Assembly: GCA_014359765.1 (NCBI GenBank)
Contig: JACIYT010000001.1
Location: forward strand, 263,569-327,568
Length of the DNA: 64,000 nucleotides
Source of the DNA: Roseovarius sp.
GTDB lineage: Bacteria > Pseudomonadota > Alphaproteobacteria > Rhodobacterales > Rhodobacteraceae
Direction: 5' to 3'
Shown: in pieces, positions 51,604 through 61,491 of the stretch
How the letters are laid out: each line of letters starts with the position of its first letter
How positions within the stretch are numbered: position 1 is the stretch's first letter
Program-made: the position numbers and the translations under genes
Notes under the pieces: model-generated
What the model was told of the DNA's origin: nothing
Databases searched by the model: none
The model's input: only the letters and a program-made list of their open reading frames with translations

Positions 51604-52632
51604 ATGACCGACATCACGGTGATGGGGGCGGGGATCATCGGGCTGGCCACTGCCTGGGTTTGTGCGCGGCGCGGCGCGCGCGTGCGGGTGATCGACCCGG
51701 CCGGGCCCGGTGCGGGGGCCTCGGGCGGGCTGGTCGGCGCGCTCGCCCCGCATGTGCCGGAAAACTGGAACGCCAAGAAGGCGTTCCAGTTCGAGAGCCT
51801 GATGATGGCCGAGGCGTTCTGGGCCGGGGTGGAGGCGGCGGGGGGCGTCTCGCCGGGCTATGCGCGGCTCGGGCGGGTGCAGCCGGTGGCCGACGCGGCG
51901 GCGCTGGCGCTGGCGCGGGGGCGGGAGGTGAGCGCCGCGGCGCTCTGGCAGGGCAAGGCCCTCTGGCGGGTGGAACCGGCCGCGGGCGGCTGGTGCCCCG
52001 AGAGCGCGACCGGGTTTGTCATCCGCGACACGCTGAGCGCGCGGCTCCATCCGCGCCGGGCCTGTGCCGCGCTGGTGGCGGCCCTGCGCAGCAAGGGGGC
52101 CGAGGTGGTCCGTGAGGGCACGCAGGAGGGGCGCATCCTCTGGGCCACGGGGGTGGCGGGGCTGGAAGAGATGAACGCCGGGCGCGCGCGCATCGTCGGC
52201 AGCGGCGTGAAGGGACAGGCGGCGCTTTTGCAATTCGACGCGCGCGACCTGCCGCAGGTCTTTGCGAATGGCGTCCATATCGTGCCACATGCGGACGGGA
52301 CCGTGGCCATCGGCTCCACCTCCGAGCGTGACTGGACCGACGCCCACGCCACCGATGCCCGTCTCGACGCGGTGATCGCCGCCGCGCGCGCCGCCCTGCC
52401 GGTGCTGGCCCGGGCGCCGGTGATCGAGAGATGGGCGGGGCTGCGCCCGCGCACCCGCAGCCGCGCGCCGATGCTGGGGGCGCATCCCTTGCGCGCGGGT
52501 CAGTTCATCGCCAATGGCGGGTTCAAGATCGGCTTTGGCATGGCGCCCGGGGTGGCCGAGGTCATGGCCGATCTGATGCTCGACGGGATCGACCGCATCC
52601 CCGAGGGTTTCCGACCCGAGGACTCGCCATGA
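51604..52632 (+). CDS. FAD-dependent oxidoreductase (MnmC C-terminal/DAO-like)
   Basis: GAGIIG dinucleotide-binding motif, GASGG, VKGQAA, WAGLRP, GGFKIG. Confidence 0.8.
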   Translation: MTDITVMGAGIIGLATAWVCARRGARVRVIDPAGPGAGASGGLVGALAPHVPENWNAKKAFQFESLMMAEAFWAGVEAAGGVSPGYARLGRVQPVADAAALALARGREVSAAALWQGKALWRVEPAAGGWCPESATGFVIRDTLSARLHPRRACAALVAALRSKGAEVVREGTQEGRILWATGVAGLEEMNAGRARIVGSGVKGQAALLQFDARDLPQVFANGVHIVPHADGTVAIGSTSERDWTDAHATDARLDAVIAAARAALPVLARAPVIERWAGLRPRTRSRAPMLGAHPLRAGQFIANGGFKIGFGMAPGVAEVMADLMLDGIDRIPEGFRPEDSP

Positions 52633-52657
52633 CCCGAGCGCAATGCGCGCGCGGGCC

Positions 52658-54175
52658 TCACCCGGCCGCAAACAGCCCGCGATATTCCGCGCGCAGCACG
52701 TTCTTTTGCACCTTGCCCATCGTGTTGCGGGGCAATTCGTCGAGCACGATGAGACGGCGGGGATGCTTGAACCGCGCAAGGCGCGGCCCCACCGCCGCCA
52801 TGATCGCGTCAGGATCGGGCGCGGCCCCCTTCTGCGGCACGATGAAGCCCAGCACCGCCTCGCCGAAATCGGGATGCGGCACGCCCACCACCGCGCTTTC
52901 CAGAACGCCGGGCTGTTCGTCGAGCAGCAGCTCGATCTCCTTGGGGTAGATGTTGTAGCCGCCCGAGATGATGAGATCCTTTGCGCGGCCCACGATCGAG
53001 ACATAGCCGCGCGCGTCGATCACGCCGATATCGCCGGTGATGAAGAAACCGTTCTCGCGCAATTCCTCGGCGGTCTTTTCGGGCATGTTCCAGTAGCCCT
53101 TGAACACGTTCGGCCCCCGCACCTCGATCATGCCGACCTCGCCCTGGGGCAATTCGGCGCCGGTCTCGGGATCGGTGATCCTGAGTTCCACCCCCGGCAG
53201 CGGAAAGCCCACGGTGCCCGCGCGCCGCGCGCCCTCATAGGGGTTGGAGGTGTTCATGTTGGTCTCGGTCATGCCGTAGCGTTCGAGGATGCGATGGCCG
53301 GTGCGCGCCGCGAAGGCCTCATGCGTTTCCGCCAGAAGCGGGGCGGAACCCGAGATGAAGAGCCGCATATGCGCCACCAGATCGCGGGTCAGGCGCGGAT
53401 CATCCAGCAGGCGGGTGTAGAAGGTGGGCACGCCCATCATCGCGGTGGCGCGCGGCAGGTGCGCAATCACCTGGTCGAGATCGAATTTCGGCAGAAAGAT
53501 CATCGGCCCGCCCGCCAGCAGCATCACGTTGGTCGCGACGAACAGGCCATGGGTGTGAAAGATCGGCAGCGCGTGGAGCAGAACATCCGCCTCGGTGAAG
53601 CGCCAGTAATCCACCAGCACCTCGGCGTTGGACAGGAGGTTCGTCTGCGTCATCATCGCCCCCTTGGAGCGGCCGGTCGTGCCCGAGGTGTAGAGCAGGC
53701 CGGCCAGGTCCTCCCCGCGCCGCGCCACCGTGTCGAAGCTCTCGGGCTGGCCTGCCGCGGCCTCGGCCAGCGTGCCCGCCCCGTCCGCCCCCAGCGTCAG
53801 CATCGCCGCGCCCGCCCCCGCCGCCACGGGTCGCAGCGCCTCGGCGCGGGCGGGATCGCAGATCAGCAGCCGCGCGCCGCTGTCGGAGACGAAATAGCCC
53901 AGCTCATCGGCGGTATAGGCGGGGTTGAGCGGCAGGAATACGATCCCCGCCTGCACGGCGGCGGCATAGATGGCCAGCGCCTGCGGCGATTTCTCCACCT
54001 GCAGGGCGAGCCGGTCGCCGGGCCGGAGACCGGCCGCGACAAAGGCATGGGCATAGCGCGCCGCCAGCCGCAGAAAGGCATCATGGCTGAGCGTCGCACC
54101 ATCGGGCAGGTGCAGGAAGGGGGTGTCCTTGCCTGCATGGCGTCCGAACAGGCGGTCATGGAGGGGGTTGGCCAT
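52658..54175 (-). CDS. matB: Malonyl-CoA synthetase
   Basis: YTSGTTGRSKG, LPIFHTHGLFVATN, ERYGMTET, RNTMGKVQK. Confidence 0.92.
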   Translation of the reverse strand: MANPLHDRLFGRHAGKDTPFLHLPDGATLSHDAFLRLAARYAHAFVAAGLRPGDRLALQVEKSPQALAIYAAAVQAGIVFLPLNPAYTADELGYFVSDSGARLLICDPARAEALRPVAAGAGAAMLTLGADGAGTLAEAAAGQPESFDTVARRGEDLAGLLYTSGTTGRSKGAMMTQTNLLSNAEVLVDYWRFTEADVLLHALPIFHTHGLFVATNVMLLAGGPMIFLPKFDLDQVIAHLPRATAMMGVPTFYTRLLDDPRLTRDLVAHMRLFISGSAPLLAETHEAFAARTGHRILERYGMTETNMNTSNPYEGARRAGTVGFPLPGVELRITDPETGAELPQGEVGMIEVRGPNVFKGYWNMPEKTAEELRENGFFITGDIGVIDARGYVSIVGRAKDLIISGGYNIYPKEIELLLDEQPGVLESAVVGVPHPDFGEAVLGFIVPQKGAAPDPDAIMAAVGPRLARFKHPRRLIVLDELPRNTMGKVQKNVLRAEYRGLFAAG

Positions 54176-54186
54176 GGGGTTTTCCT

Positions 54187-55431
54187 TCAGTCGGTCTTCT
54201 TGTCGGCGCTCGCGGCGAGGGCCCGGACCGCCGGAGAGGCGGCGATCTGCCCCGTCGTGGCAAAGCGCTCGTGGTTCCGGACAATCCGGGCGCGATCGTA
54301 GAGGTAATTCACCATTACCCCGCCCGACTGGCGCAGGCCATTGGCCGAACGATCGGCCCCGGCATGGATGGCATGGATCAGGGCGCCGTTGCCGAGATGG
54401 AAGCGCGCCACCGGGTCGAAGGGCGTGCCGTCGGCGCGGCGCGCCTCGAGCAGGTAGCGCGCGGCGATTGCCCGCCTCGCCTCGGGCTCTTCGGGCAGGG
54501 GACGCCCGGTCTCCGACAGCCAGCGCGCCAGCCCGGGAATCGGCGACAGCGTGACGAAGGTTCCGAGGTCGGGCAGTTCCTGCGCCAGGTCGGCCACCAC
54601 CTGCTTGATCAGCGAATTGCCAAAGGAAATCCCGGCAAGCCCCGGCTGGCAGTTGGAGATCGAGTAGAACACCGCCGTGTCGGCCTCCTGCGCGCGGATC
54701 GTCTCGCGCGGCTCCGAGAGCAGGTCGTGGATCGCGCCGGGAATGCCGCGCGTCAGCGCCACCTCGACGAAGATCAGCGGCTCGTCGGGCATCGCCGGGT
54801 GGAAGAAGGCGAAACAGCGCCGGTCCTGCGGGGCAAGGCGGCGGCGCAGGTCATCCCAGCTGTCGATGGCATGGACCGCCTCGTAGGCGATGATCTTTTC
54901 CAGCACGTCGGCGGGCGAAGACCAGCTGATCGGGCGCAGCACCAGAAAGCCGCGATTGAACCATGACGAAAACAGGTGCCTGAGGTCGAGATCGACCACC
55001 CCGAGGCCCGGATCCTCGCGCATCAGCCGCAAGAGATCGGCGCGCATCGCCACCAGCTGCCCGGTCGCCCCCGGCACCTGGTTGAGGCGCCGCGCCAGCT
55101 CCTGGCGGGGCGGCTCGGCTGCGGCCATGACGGCGGCGTAGCTCTCGCGCGAGGGCGCGGCCTCGAACGCCTGGAGCGCCGCGCGCAGTGCCTCCGCGTC
55201 GAGGCTCAGATCGCGGGCGAGAAAGCCGAAGAATGCGGCCTTGTCCGCGTCCCCGAGACCGGCATAGCGATCGAGCATGTGCCGCGCGAGCGCCATGCCG
55301 GAGATTTCCCCGGAACTGCCCAAGAGGTCGCGCGCCAGCTCCTCGAGCGAGCGGTTGCGCGGATCGGGGTCGCCAGCCGCAAGATAGCGCCGCTCGAACA
55401 GCGCCGCGAGAAGATCGGCCAGAACGCTCAT
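54187..55431 (-). CDS. Malonyl-CoA decarboxylase
   Basis: YEAVH, FVEVALT, FYSISNCQPGLAGISFGN, TLSPIPG, DPVARFHLGNGA. Confidence 0.93.
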   Translation of the reverse strand: MSVLADLLAALFERRYLAAGDPDPRNRSLEELARDLLGSSGEISGMALARHMLDRYAGLGDADKAAFFGFLARDLSLDAEALRAALQAFEAAPSRESYAAVMAAAEPPRQELARRLNQVPGATGQLVAMRADLLRLMREDPGLGVVDLDLRHLFSSWFNRGFLVLRPISWSSPADVLEKIIAYEAVHAIDSWDDLRRRLAPQDRRCFAFFHPAMPDEPLIFVEVALTRGIPGAIHDLLSEPRETIRAQEADTAVFYSISNCQPGLAGISFGNSLIKQVVADLAQELPDLGTFVTLSPIPGLARWLSETGRPLPEEPEARRAIAARYLLEARRADGTPFDPVARFHLGNGALIHAIHAGADRSANGLRQSGGVMVNYLYDRARIVRNHERFATTGQIAASPAVRALAASADKKTD

Positions 55432-55603
55432 TGCGCCGCCCCCATCAGCGCCCCGGGCAGGCGCGGGGCGGCGCGCGCGGCTCTGGCACGCGGGACAGGG
55501 GGCTTGGCGATGTGCGCGACGGCGCCGGGGCTGTGCCTGATCATGGCCGGACCTCATCACGTTGTCGGTCCGGACGCAAGCGGGCCGCTGCCCCGCGCCG
55601 GGC

Positions 55604-56254
55604 TCAGCCCAATGCGGCGATGGCGGCGCGCAGGGTGGCCAGACCTTCGCCCTTTTCCGAGGAGGTCAGGATCAGCTCGGGATAGGCGGCGGGGTGCGGG
55701 GCAAGGCGCGCGCGCACCTGGGCGAGCACCTTTTGCTGCGTCGCCGCGCTGATCTTGTCGGTCTTGGTCAGCACGCATTGAAACGGCACGGCGGCGCGGT
55801 CGAGCAGCGTCATGATTTCCTCGTCCACCGGCTTGATCCCGTGGCGCGCATCGACCAGCACGAAGGCGCGGCGCAGGCTCGGGCGGCCCGAGAGATAGGC
55901 CTTGAGCAGGGCCTGCCATTTCGCCACCACCGCCACCGGCGCATTGGCAAAGCCATAGCCGGGCAGGTCCACGAGGTAATGGCTCTCGCCCAGGGTGAAG
56001 AAATTGATCTCCTGCGTGCGGCCGGGCGTGTTGGAGGCGCGCGCGAGCGCCCGGCGCCCGGTGAGCGCGTTGATCAGGCTCGACTTGCCCACATTGGAGC
56101 GGCCCGCGAAACAGACCTCGGCGCGGTCGGCAGGTGGCAGGCCGGACATGGCCACCACCCCCTTGAGGAACGCCACCGGCCCGGCAAACAGCCTGCGCCC
56201 GGCCTCGGCGGCGGTGCTGTCGGGGGGCTCGGCCACGGGAAAGGCAAGCTGCAT
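55604..56254 (-). CDS. engB: Ribosome biogenesis GTP-binding protein YihA/EngB
   Basis: GRSNVGKSSLINAL, TPGRTQ, DLPGYG, TKTDK. Confidence 0.96.
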   Translation of the reverse strand: MQLAFPVAEPPDSTAAEAGRRLFAGPVAFLKGVVAMSGLPPADRAEVCFAGRSNVGKSSLINALTGRRALARASNTPGRTQEINFFTLGESHYLVDLPGYGFANAPVAVVAKWQALLKAYLSGRPSLRRAFVLVDARHGIKPVDEEIMTLLDRAAVPFQCVLTKTDKISAATQQKVLAQVRARLAPHPAAYPELILTSSEKGEGLATLRAAIAALG

Positions 56255-56287
56255 GTCGCTACTCCGGGGTGACGCGGGCGGGCCGCG

Positions 56288-58117
56288 TCACTTCTTCTTG
56301 CCCGGCCTGGCCTCGGGGGCGGGCTTGTTGCGCCTGAAGCTCGACTTGATGTTGCCGAACACGTCGGGCTTGTGCCCATGGCTGCGCATGATCGCGTATT
56401 GCTGGGTGAAGGTGATCATGTTGTTGGCGATCCAGTAGAGCACGAGCCCGCTGGCAAAGCTGCCCAGCATGAACATGAAAACCCAGGGCATCCAGGCAAA
56501 GATCATCTTTTGCGTCGGATCGGTCGGCGACGGGTTGAGCTTCTGTTGCAGCCACATCGAGATCCCGAGGCAGAGAGGCAGGATCCCGATGAAGATCATC
56601 GCCAGGATCGAGCCCGGCTCGGGCGCGGGCCAGGGCAGCAGCCCCCAGAGGTTCAGAAGCGACGAGGGATCGGGCGCCGAAAGGTCGCGGATCCAGCCGA
56701 TCCAGGGCGCATGGCGCAATTCCAGCGTGACGAAGATCACCTTGTAGAGCGAGAAGAAGATCGGGATCTGCAACAGGATCGGCAGGCAGCCGGCGGCCGG
56801 GTTGACCTTTTCCTTCTTGTAGAGCGCCATCATCTCCTGCTGGAGCTTCTGGCGGTCGTCGCCTGCGATCTCCTTGATCTTCTCCATCTGCGGCTGGAGT
56901 TCCTTCATCTTCGCCATGGAGACGTAGGATTTATAGGCGAGCGGCAGCACCAGCGCCTTGATCAGCAGCGTGAGCGCGATGATCGCCCAGCCCATGTTGC
57001 CGATCATCTGGTTGAGCCAGTGCAGCGCCGCAAAGATCGGCTTGGTCAGGAAGAAGAACCAGCCCCAGTCGATCGAATCGAGGAAGCGGTCCACGTTCTC
57101 CTCGTTCTGGTAGCGGCGGATCGTGGCCCATTCCTTTGCCCCGGCAAAGAGGCGGCTGTCGGCGCTGACGGTCGCGCCGGGCGCGAGGCTGAGCGTGGCC
57201 TGCACGGTCTCGGTCTGGTAGATGCCGCGCTGCGGATCGAATTTGGTCACGGCCTTGAAGGGCGTGCCGGGGTCGGGGATGAGCGTGGTCATCCAGTAAT
57301 GGTCGGTAAAGCCGAGCCAGCCGCGGTCGCCGACCTGCTCCACCTTGGCGGGCGCGCCCTCGCGCGGGTTGAAATCGAGTTTCTCGAGATCCTTGTAGCC
57401 CATTTCGAGGAGCGTGCCGTCGAGCATGCCGACGACACCCTCGTGCAGGATGAAGAAATTCTTGAGATCGGGGGGGCGGCCATGCCGGGCGATGATGCCG
57501 TAAGGTGCAAGGCTGACCGTGGCCTCGCCCCGGTTCTCGACCGATTGGCGCACCGAGAACATGTAATCGGCGTCGATGCCGATTTCCCGGCGAAAGATCA
57601 GCCCCGCGCCATTGTCCCAGACCAGCGTCACAGGGGTCCCGGGGGTGAGCGTGGTGCCGCTCTCGATCTCCCAGAGGGTATTGGCCCCGGGGACCTCCGC
57701 AGGCGCGAGGCCGGTGCCGGCCGCCCAGCCGTGCAGCGTGTAATAGGGTGTCGGCGCGCCGACGGGATTGAGCAGGTGCACGGTGCCGGAATCGGGCTCG
57801 ATGGTCTCGCGATAGTCCTTGAGCACGAGATCGTCGATCCGCCCCCCAAGAAGCGAGATCGAGCCACTGACGCGGGGCGTCTCGATGGCCAGCCGCGGTG
57901 TTTCGGCGCCGGTCTCGGTGGCGAGATCGACGGTGCCGGCGGGATCGTCGGTCCCGGGTCCGGCCCTCGGCGCGGGGGCGGTGAGGCTCTCCTGCGCCAC
58001 CGGCGCGTCGGGGTCGGCGGGCGTGCGGTCGGGCGGCGGGAACAGCACGAACCACAGCAGGATCACGACAAAGCTGAGCGCCGTCGCGAGAATGAGGTTC
58101 TTGTTCTGATCGTCCAT
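56288..58117 (-). CDS. yidC: Membrane protein insertase YidC
   Basis: N-terminal TM, periplasmic domain, IDWGWFF, NPAAGCLP, LVLYWIANN. Confidence 0.97.
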   Translation of the reverse strand: MDDQNKNLILATALSFVVILLWFVLFPPPDRTPADPDAPVAQESLTAPAPRAGPGTDDPAGTVDLATETGAETPRLAIETPRVSGSISLLGGRIDDLVLKDYRETIEPDSGTVHLLNPVGAPTPYYTLHGWAAGTGLAPAEVPGANTLWEIESGTTLTPGTPVTLVWDNGAGLIFRREIGIDADYMFSVRQSVENRGEATVSLAPYGIIARHGRPPDLKNFFILHEGVVGMLDGTLLEMGYKDLEKLDFNPREGAPAKVEQVGDRGWLGFTDHYWMTTLIPDPGTPFKAVTKFDPQRGIYQTETVQATLSLAPGATVSADSRLFAGAKEWATIRRYQNEENVDRFLDSIDWGWFFFLTKPIFAALHWLNQMIGNMGWAIIALTLLIKALVLPLAYKSYVSMAKMKELQPQMEKIKEIAGDDRQKLQQEMMALYKKEKVNPAAGCLPILLQIPIFFSLYKVIFVTLELRHAPWIGWIRDLSAPDPSSLLNLWGLLPWPAPEPGSILAMIFIGILPLCLGISMWLQQKLNPSPTDPTQKMIFAWMPWVFMFMLGSFASGLVLYWIANNMITFTQQYAIMRSHGHKPDVFGNIKSSFRRNKPAPEARPGKKK

Positions 58118-58240
58118 GGTCCGGAACCGTCCGTCATTGCAGTGTCACCGGGCCTTCAACAGAGTGCCGCCCCAAAGGTCAAGGGGTTTCCGGGATCGAC
58201 CCCGGGCAGGCGGGATTCATGCCTGCGCGCGGTCGCGCGT

Positions 58241-58972
58241 TCAGGGCATCGGGTCATCGCGGGACCGGTTGCGGGTCCGCAGCCGCGCAGGCGGCGATGA
58301 TTCGTGGCGGGGCGGCGGGGTGGCCGGCGGCGCGCCGAGTGCGCCGAGCGCCTGCGCGAGCGTCTCGATGATGGCGGGGTGCGCGCGGGGCGGGATCATC
58401 GTGACGGTCGTGGTCACGCGGTGCGCGTCACCCGGCAGAATCGACCGGAGCGCGGTTTCCGCCGCGACCCCGAGCCGCTGCGCGACCCGCTGCGCCGCAT
58501 CCTCGTCCAGCGCCCCCTCCGTTGCGAGCAGGGCCCCGAACCGCCCCTCGCCCAGATCGAAAAGCCGGTCCTCGGCGCGCAGGGCGCGGTCGATCTGGTC
58601 GAGGCAGGCCGTCACCAGCCGCGCGGGTATCTCCGGGCCGTGCCGCGCGCGGATCGCGGCAAAATCGTCGATCCCGAGAAACACGCAGGGCGCGGCGGCA
58701 GAATCGTGCCGCGTGGCGCCCGGGCGTTGCTGGATCGCGCGCGCCATTTCGGCCAGCTGCCGGGGGGGCGCGTCATGCCCGGGCCGCGCCCTTGCCATGT
58801 GGCGCGGCAGACCGACGATCAGCCCGAAGGGCAGCAAGAGCCAGAGCGCCGCGATGCCGAACCATGCCAGCGCCAGCAGAAACGCCAGCGCGAACACGAG
58901 GAGTTGCGGTCCCAGCAACGCCTCCGACAGGGCCGCGACCCAGCCGCGCCGGGGGGTGATGACAGGGCGCAT
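58241..58972 (-). CDS. Membrane protein with a degenerate GGDEF-like domain and no EAL domain
   Basis: TM hairpin, then FLGIDDFAAIRARHG and DLGEGRFG at the A-site position; GGAGG SD before ATG 58972. Confidence 0.6.
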   Translation of the reverse strand: MRPVITPRRGWVAALSEALLGPQLLVFALAFLLALAWFGIAALWLLLPFGLIVGLPRHMARARPGHDAPPRQLAEMARAIQQRPGATRHDSAAAPCVFLGIDDFAAIRARHGPEIPARLVTACLDQIDRALRAEDRLFDLGEGRFGALLATEGALDEDAAQRVAQRLGVAAETALRSILPGDAHRVTTTVTMIPPRAHPAIIETLAQALGALGAPPATPPPRHESSPPARLRTRNRSRDDPMP

Positions 58973-59030
58973 TCCAACCTCCATGCCGTGCCGAACGCCA
59001 TTGCGTCAGCACCATCATGCGCGCGGGAGG

Positions 59031-59900
59031 TTAACGAAGCCTTGGCGGCGCCGGGATATCTGTCGCGGATTTTATCGATTCGCGCGAAAGCCCCACGAAA
59101 TCGAACAGTTTCGGATCCAGCAGATGTGACGGCCGCGCGTTCATCAGCGCGCGGAACATGACCTGGCGGCGGCCGGGGGAATTGGCCTCCCAGCCGTCGA
59201 GAATGCGCTTGACCTGCTGACGCTGGAGCCCGTCCTGCGAGCCGCAGAGATCGCAGGGGATGACCGGATAGTTCATCGCCCGCGCGAATCGCGCGCAATC
59301 GTCCTCGGACACATGGGCCAAGGGCCTGTAAACAAAGAGATCTCCCTCTTCGTTCACCAGTTTCGGTGGCATCGTCGCCAGCCGCCCGCCGTGGAACAGG
59401 TTCATGAAGAAGGTCTCGAGGATGTCGTCGCGGTGATGGCCGAGCACCACCGCTGAACAGCCCTCCTCGCGCGCCACGCGGTAGAGATGGCCGCGCCGGA
59501 GCCGTGAGCAGAGCGCGCAATAGGTGCGCCCCTGCGGCACCTTGTCCACGACGATGGAATAGGTGTCCTGATACTCGACCCGGTGCGGCACGCCCATGCG
59601 TTCGAGAAACTCCGGCAGCACCGTCGCGGGAAATCCGGGCTGCCCCTGGTCGAGATTGCAGGCAAGCAGGTCCACGGGCAGAAGGCCGCGCCATTTCAGC
59701 TCATGGAGCGCGGCCAGAAGCGTATAGCTATCCTTGCCCCCCGACAGGCAGACGAGCCAGCGCGCGCCCGGCTCGATCATGCCGTATTGCCCGATCGCCT
59801 CGCGCACGTTGCGCACGATGCGTTTGCGCAGCTTGCGGAATTCGGTGCTGGTGGGGGCACCGTGAAAGAGCGGGTGAATCTCGTCCTCGACCTCTGACAT
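59031..59900 (-). CDS. ttcA: tRNA 2-thiocytidine(32) synthetase TtcA
   Basis: SGGKDS PP-loop, [23 protein letters not shown]. Confidence 0.96.
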   Translation of the reverse strand: MSEVEDEIHPLFHGAPTSTEFRKLRKRIVRNVREAIGQYGMIEPGARWLVCLSGGKDSYTLLAALHELKWRGLLPVDLLACNLDQGQPGFPATVLPEFLERMGVPHRVEYQDTYSIVVDKVPQGRTYCALCSRLRRGHLYRVAREEGCSAVVLGHHRDDILETFFMNLFHGGRLATMPPKLVNEEGDLFVYRPLAHVSEDDCARFARAMNYPVIPCDLCGSQDGLQRQQVKRILDGWEANSPGRRQVMFRALMNARPSHLLDPKLFDFVGLSRESIKSATDIPAPPRLR

Positions 59901-59907
59901 GGCCCGC

Positions 59908-59936
59908 GCTTTAGGGGCTTTCGCGCGCCCGGGCAA
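59908..59936 (-). promoter_or_regulatory. Sigma70-like promoter of ttcA (probably leaderless)
   Basis: TTGCCC-17nt-TAAAGC-7nt-ATG. Confidence 0.55.
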
Positions 59937-60035
59937 GGGGCGGCGGACCGCCGCTATCTTGGGGGCAAAGGTCACTTCTCCACAACTATTTGCGGCGACC
60001 ATCAACAAATTGCTTTACACGCCACCCGTGACCCA

Positions 60036-60051
60036 TCACCATATCTTGTAG
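60036..60051 (+). promoter_or_regulatory. NrdR-box-like site upstream of the YbjN-proC-csaA operon
   Basis: TCACCATATCTTGTAG fits the core CnAnATnTnG. Confidence 0.4.
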
Positions 60052-60141
60052 GGGCGGACGGATCGACCGCCGTCTCTGGAGCAGGCACCAAGCGCTTGGG
60101 GTGCAAGGCCCCCGATGCGCTACAGCAAATGAGGCGGCGCC

Positions 60142-60642
60142 ATGGCACTTTCCGAAGCATATCTCAGCGACGATCTGCACCCGATCGACATCGTCGAGCA
60201 TATCGCCGAGCACCACGACTGGGAGTTCGACCGCATCGGCGACGATCAGATCGCCATGGCCATCGAGGGCCAGTGGCGCACCTATGCGATCACGCTCGCC
60301 TGGTCGGGCCATGACGAGACGTTGCGGCTGGTCTGCACCTACGAGATGGAGCCGCCCGAGGATCGCATGGCGGTGCTCCACGAGATGCTCAACGCGGTCA
60401 ATGACCAGTGCTGGAACGGCGCGTTTGCCTGGTGGGACGAGCAGAAGCTGATGATCTGGCGCTATGGCCTCGTGCTCTCGGGCACGCCGGGGGCGAGCCC
60501 CGAGCAGATCGACAGGATGCTGAACGCGGCGGTGACGGCGGCGGAACGCTACTACCCGGCCTTCCAGCTGGCGATCTGGGGTGGCAAGACCCCGCGCGAG
60601 GCGCTGCAGGTCGCCATTGCAGAGGCCTACGGGCGCGCGTAA
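60142..60642 (+). CDS. YbjN-domain protein
   Basis: HPIDIVEHIAEHHDWEFDR..DDQIAM..EGQWRTY; AAERYYPAFQL. Confidence 0.82.
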   Translation: MALSEAYLSDDLHPIDIVEHIAEHHDWEFDRIGDDQIAMAIEGQWRTYAITLAWSGHDETLRLVCTYEMEPPEDRMAVLHEMLNAVNDQCWNGAFAWWDEQKLMIWRYGLVLSGTPGASPEQIDRMLNAAVTAAERYYPAFQLAIWGGKTPREALQVAIAEAYGRA

Positions 60643-60675
60643 ACCTGACCCCCGCAACAACCGGCGGGGGCGATC

Positions 60676-61491
60676 ATGGACATGGCGGAAATGGCCGGGC
60701 GCGGCCTGGTCCTTCTGGGCTGCGGCAAGATGGGGGGCGCGATGCTGCGCGGCTGGCTCGAGGGCGGGCTGGCGGCGGGCGCGGTGCATGTGATCGACCC
60801 GCACCCCGCCGACTGGCTGCGCGACGCGGGTGTGCATGTCAACGAAACGCTGCCCGAGAGCCCGTCAATCGTGATTGTCGCGGTCAAGCCGCAGATGATG
60901 GGCGCGGCGCTGCCCACGCTCAAGGGCTATGGCGGGGGCGAGACGCTCTTTGTCTCGGTGGCCGCCGGCACGACCATCGCCACCTATGAGGCGATGCTGG
61001 GCGCGGCCACGCCGGTGGTGCGCGCCATGCCCAACACGCCCGCGGCCATCGGCAAGGGGATCACGGCGCTCATCGGCAACGGTGCGGCGGAGCCTGCGCA
61101 TCTCGACGCGGCAGAGGCGCTTTTGCGCGCGGTCGGGCAGGTGGTGCGGCTCGACACCGAGGATCAGATGGACGCGGTGACGGGGCTTTCCGGCTCTGGC
61201 CCGGCCTATGTATTCCACATGATCGAATGTCTGGCAGCGGCGGGCGAGGCCGAGGGATTGCCGCCCGATCTGGCGATGCAACTGGCCAAGGCGACGGTGG
61301 CGGGCGCGGGCGCGCTGGCCGAAGCCGCAGAGGAGACGCCCGCACAACTGCGCGCGAACGTCACGAGCCCGAACGGCACGACGCAGGCCGGCCTCGCGGT
61401 GCTGATGGACGAGGGCACGGGACTGCCGCCGCTGATGGCGCGCACGGTGGCGGCGGCGGCGGCCCGCTCGCGGGAGTTGCGCAATGGCTGA
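60676..61491 (+). CDS. proC: Pyrroline-5-carboxylate reductase
   Basis: GCGKMG, AVKPQ, RAMPNTP, SGSGPAY, VTSPNGTT. Confidence 0.96.
   Translation: MDMAEMAGRGLVLLGCGKMGGAMLRGWLEGGLAAGAVHVIDPHPADWLRDAGVHVNETLPESPSIVIVAVKPQMMGAALPTLKGYGGGETLFVSVAAGTTIATYEAMLGAATPVVRAMPNTPAAIGKGITALIGNGAAEPAHLDAAEALLRAVGQVVRLDTEDQMDAVTGLSGSGPAYVFHMIECLAAAGEAEGLPPDLAMQLAKATVAGAGALAEAAEETPAQLRANVTSPNGTTQAGLAVLMDEGTGLPPLMARTVAAAAARSRELRNG

Noticed and set aside
59020-59045. CtrA half-site (TTAACC) upstream of the GGDEF-like gene
   Set aside because: The TTAA comes from the ttcA stop codon and the second half-site is missing.
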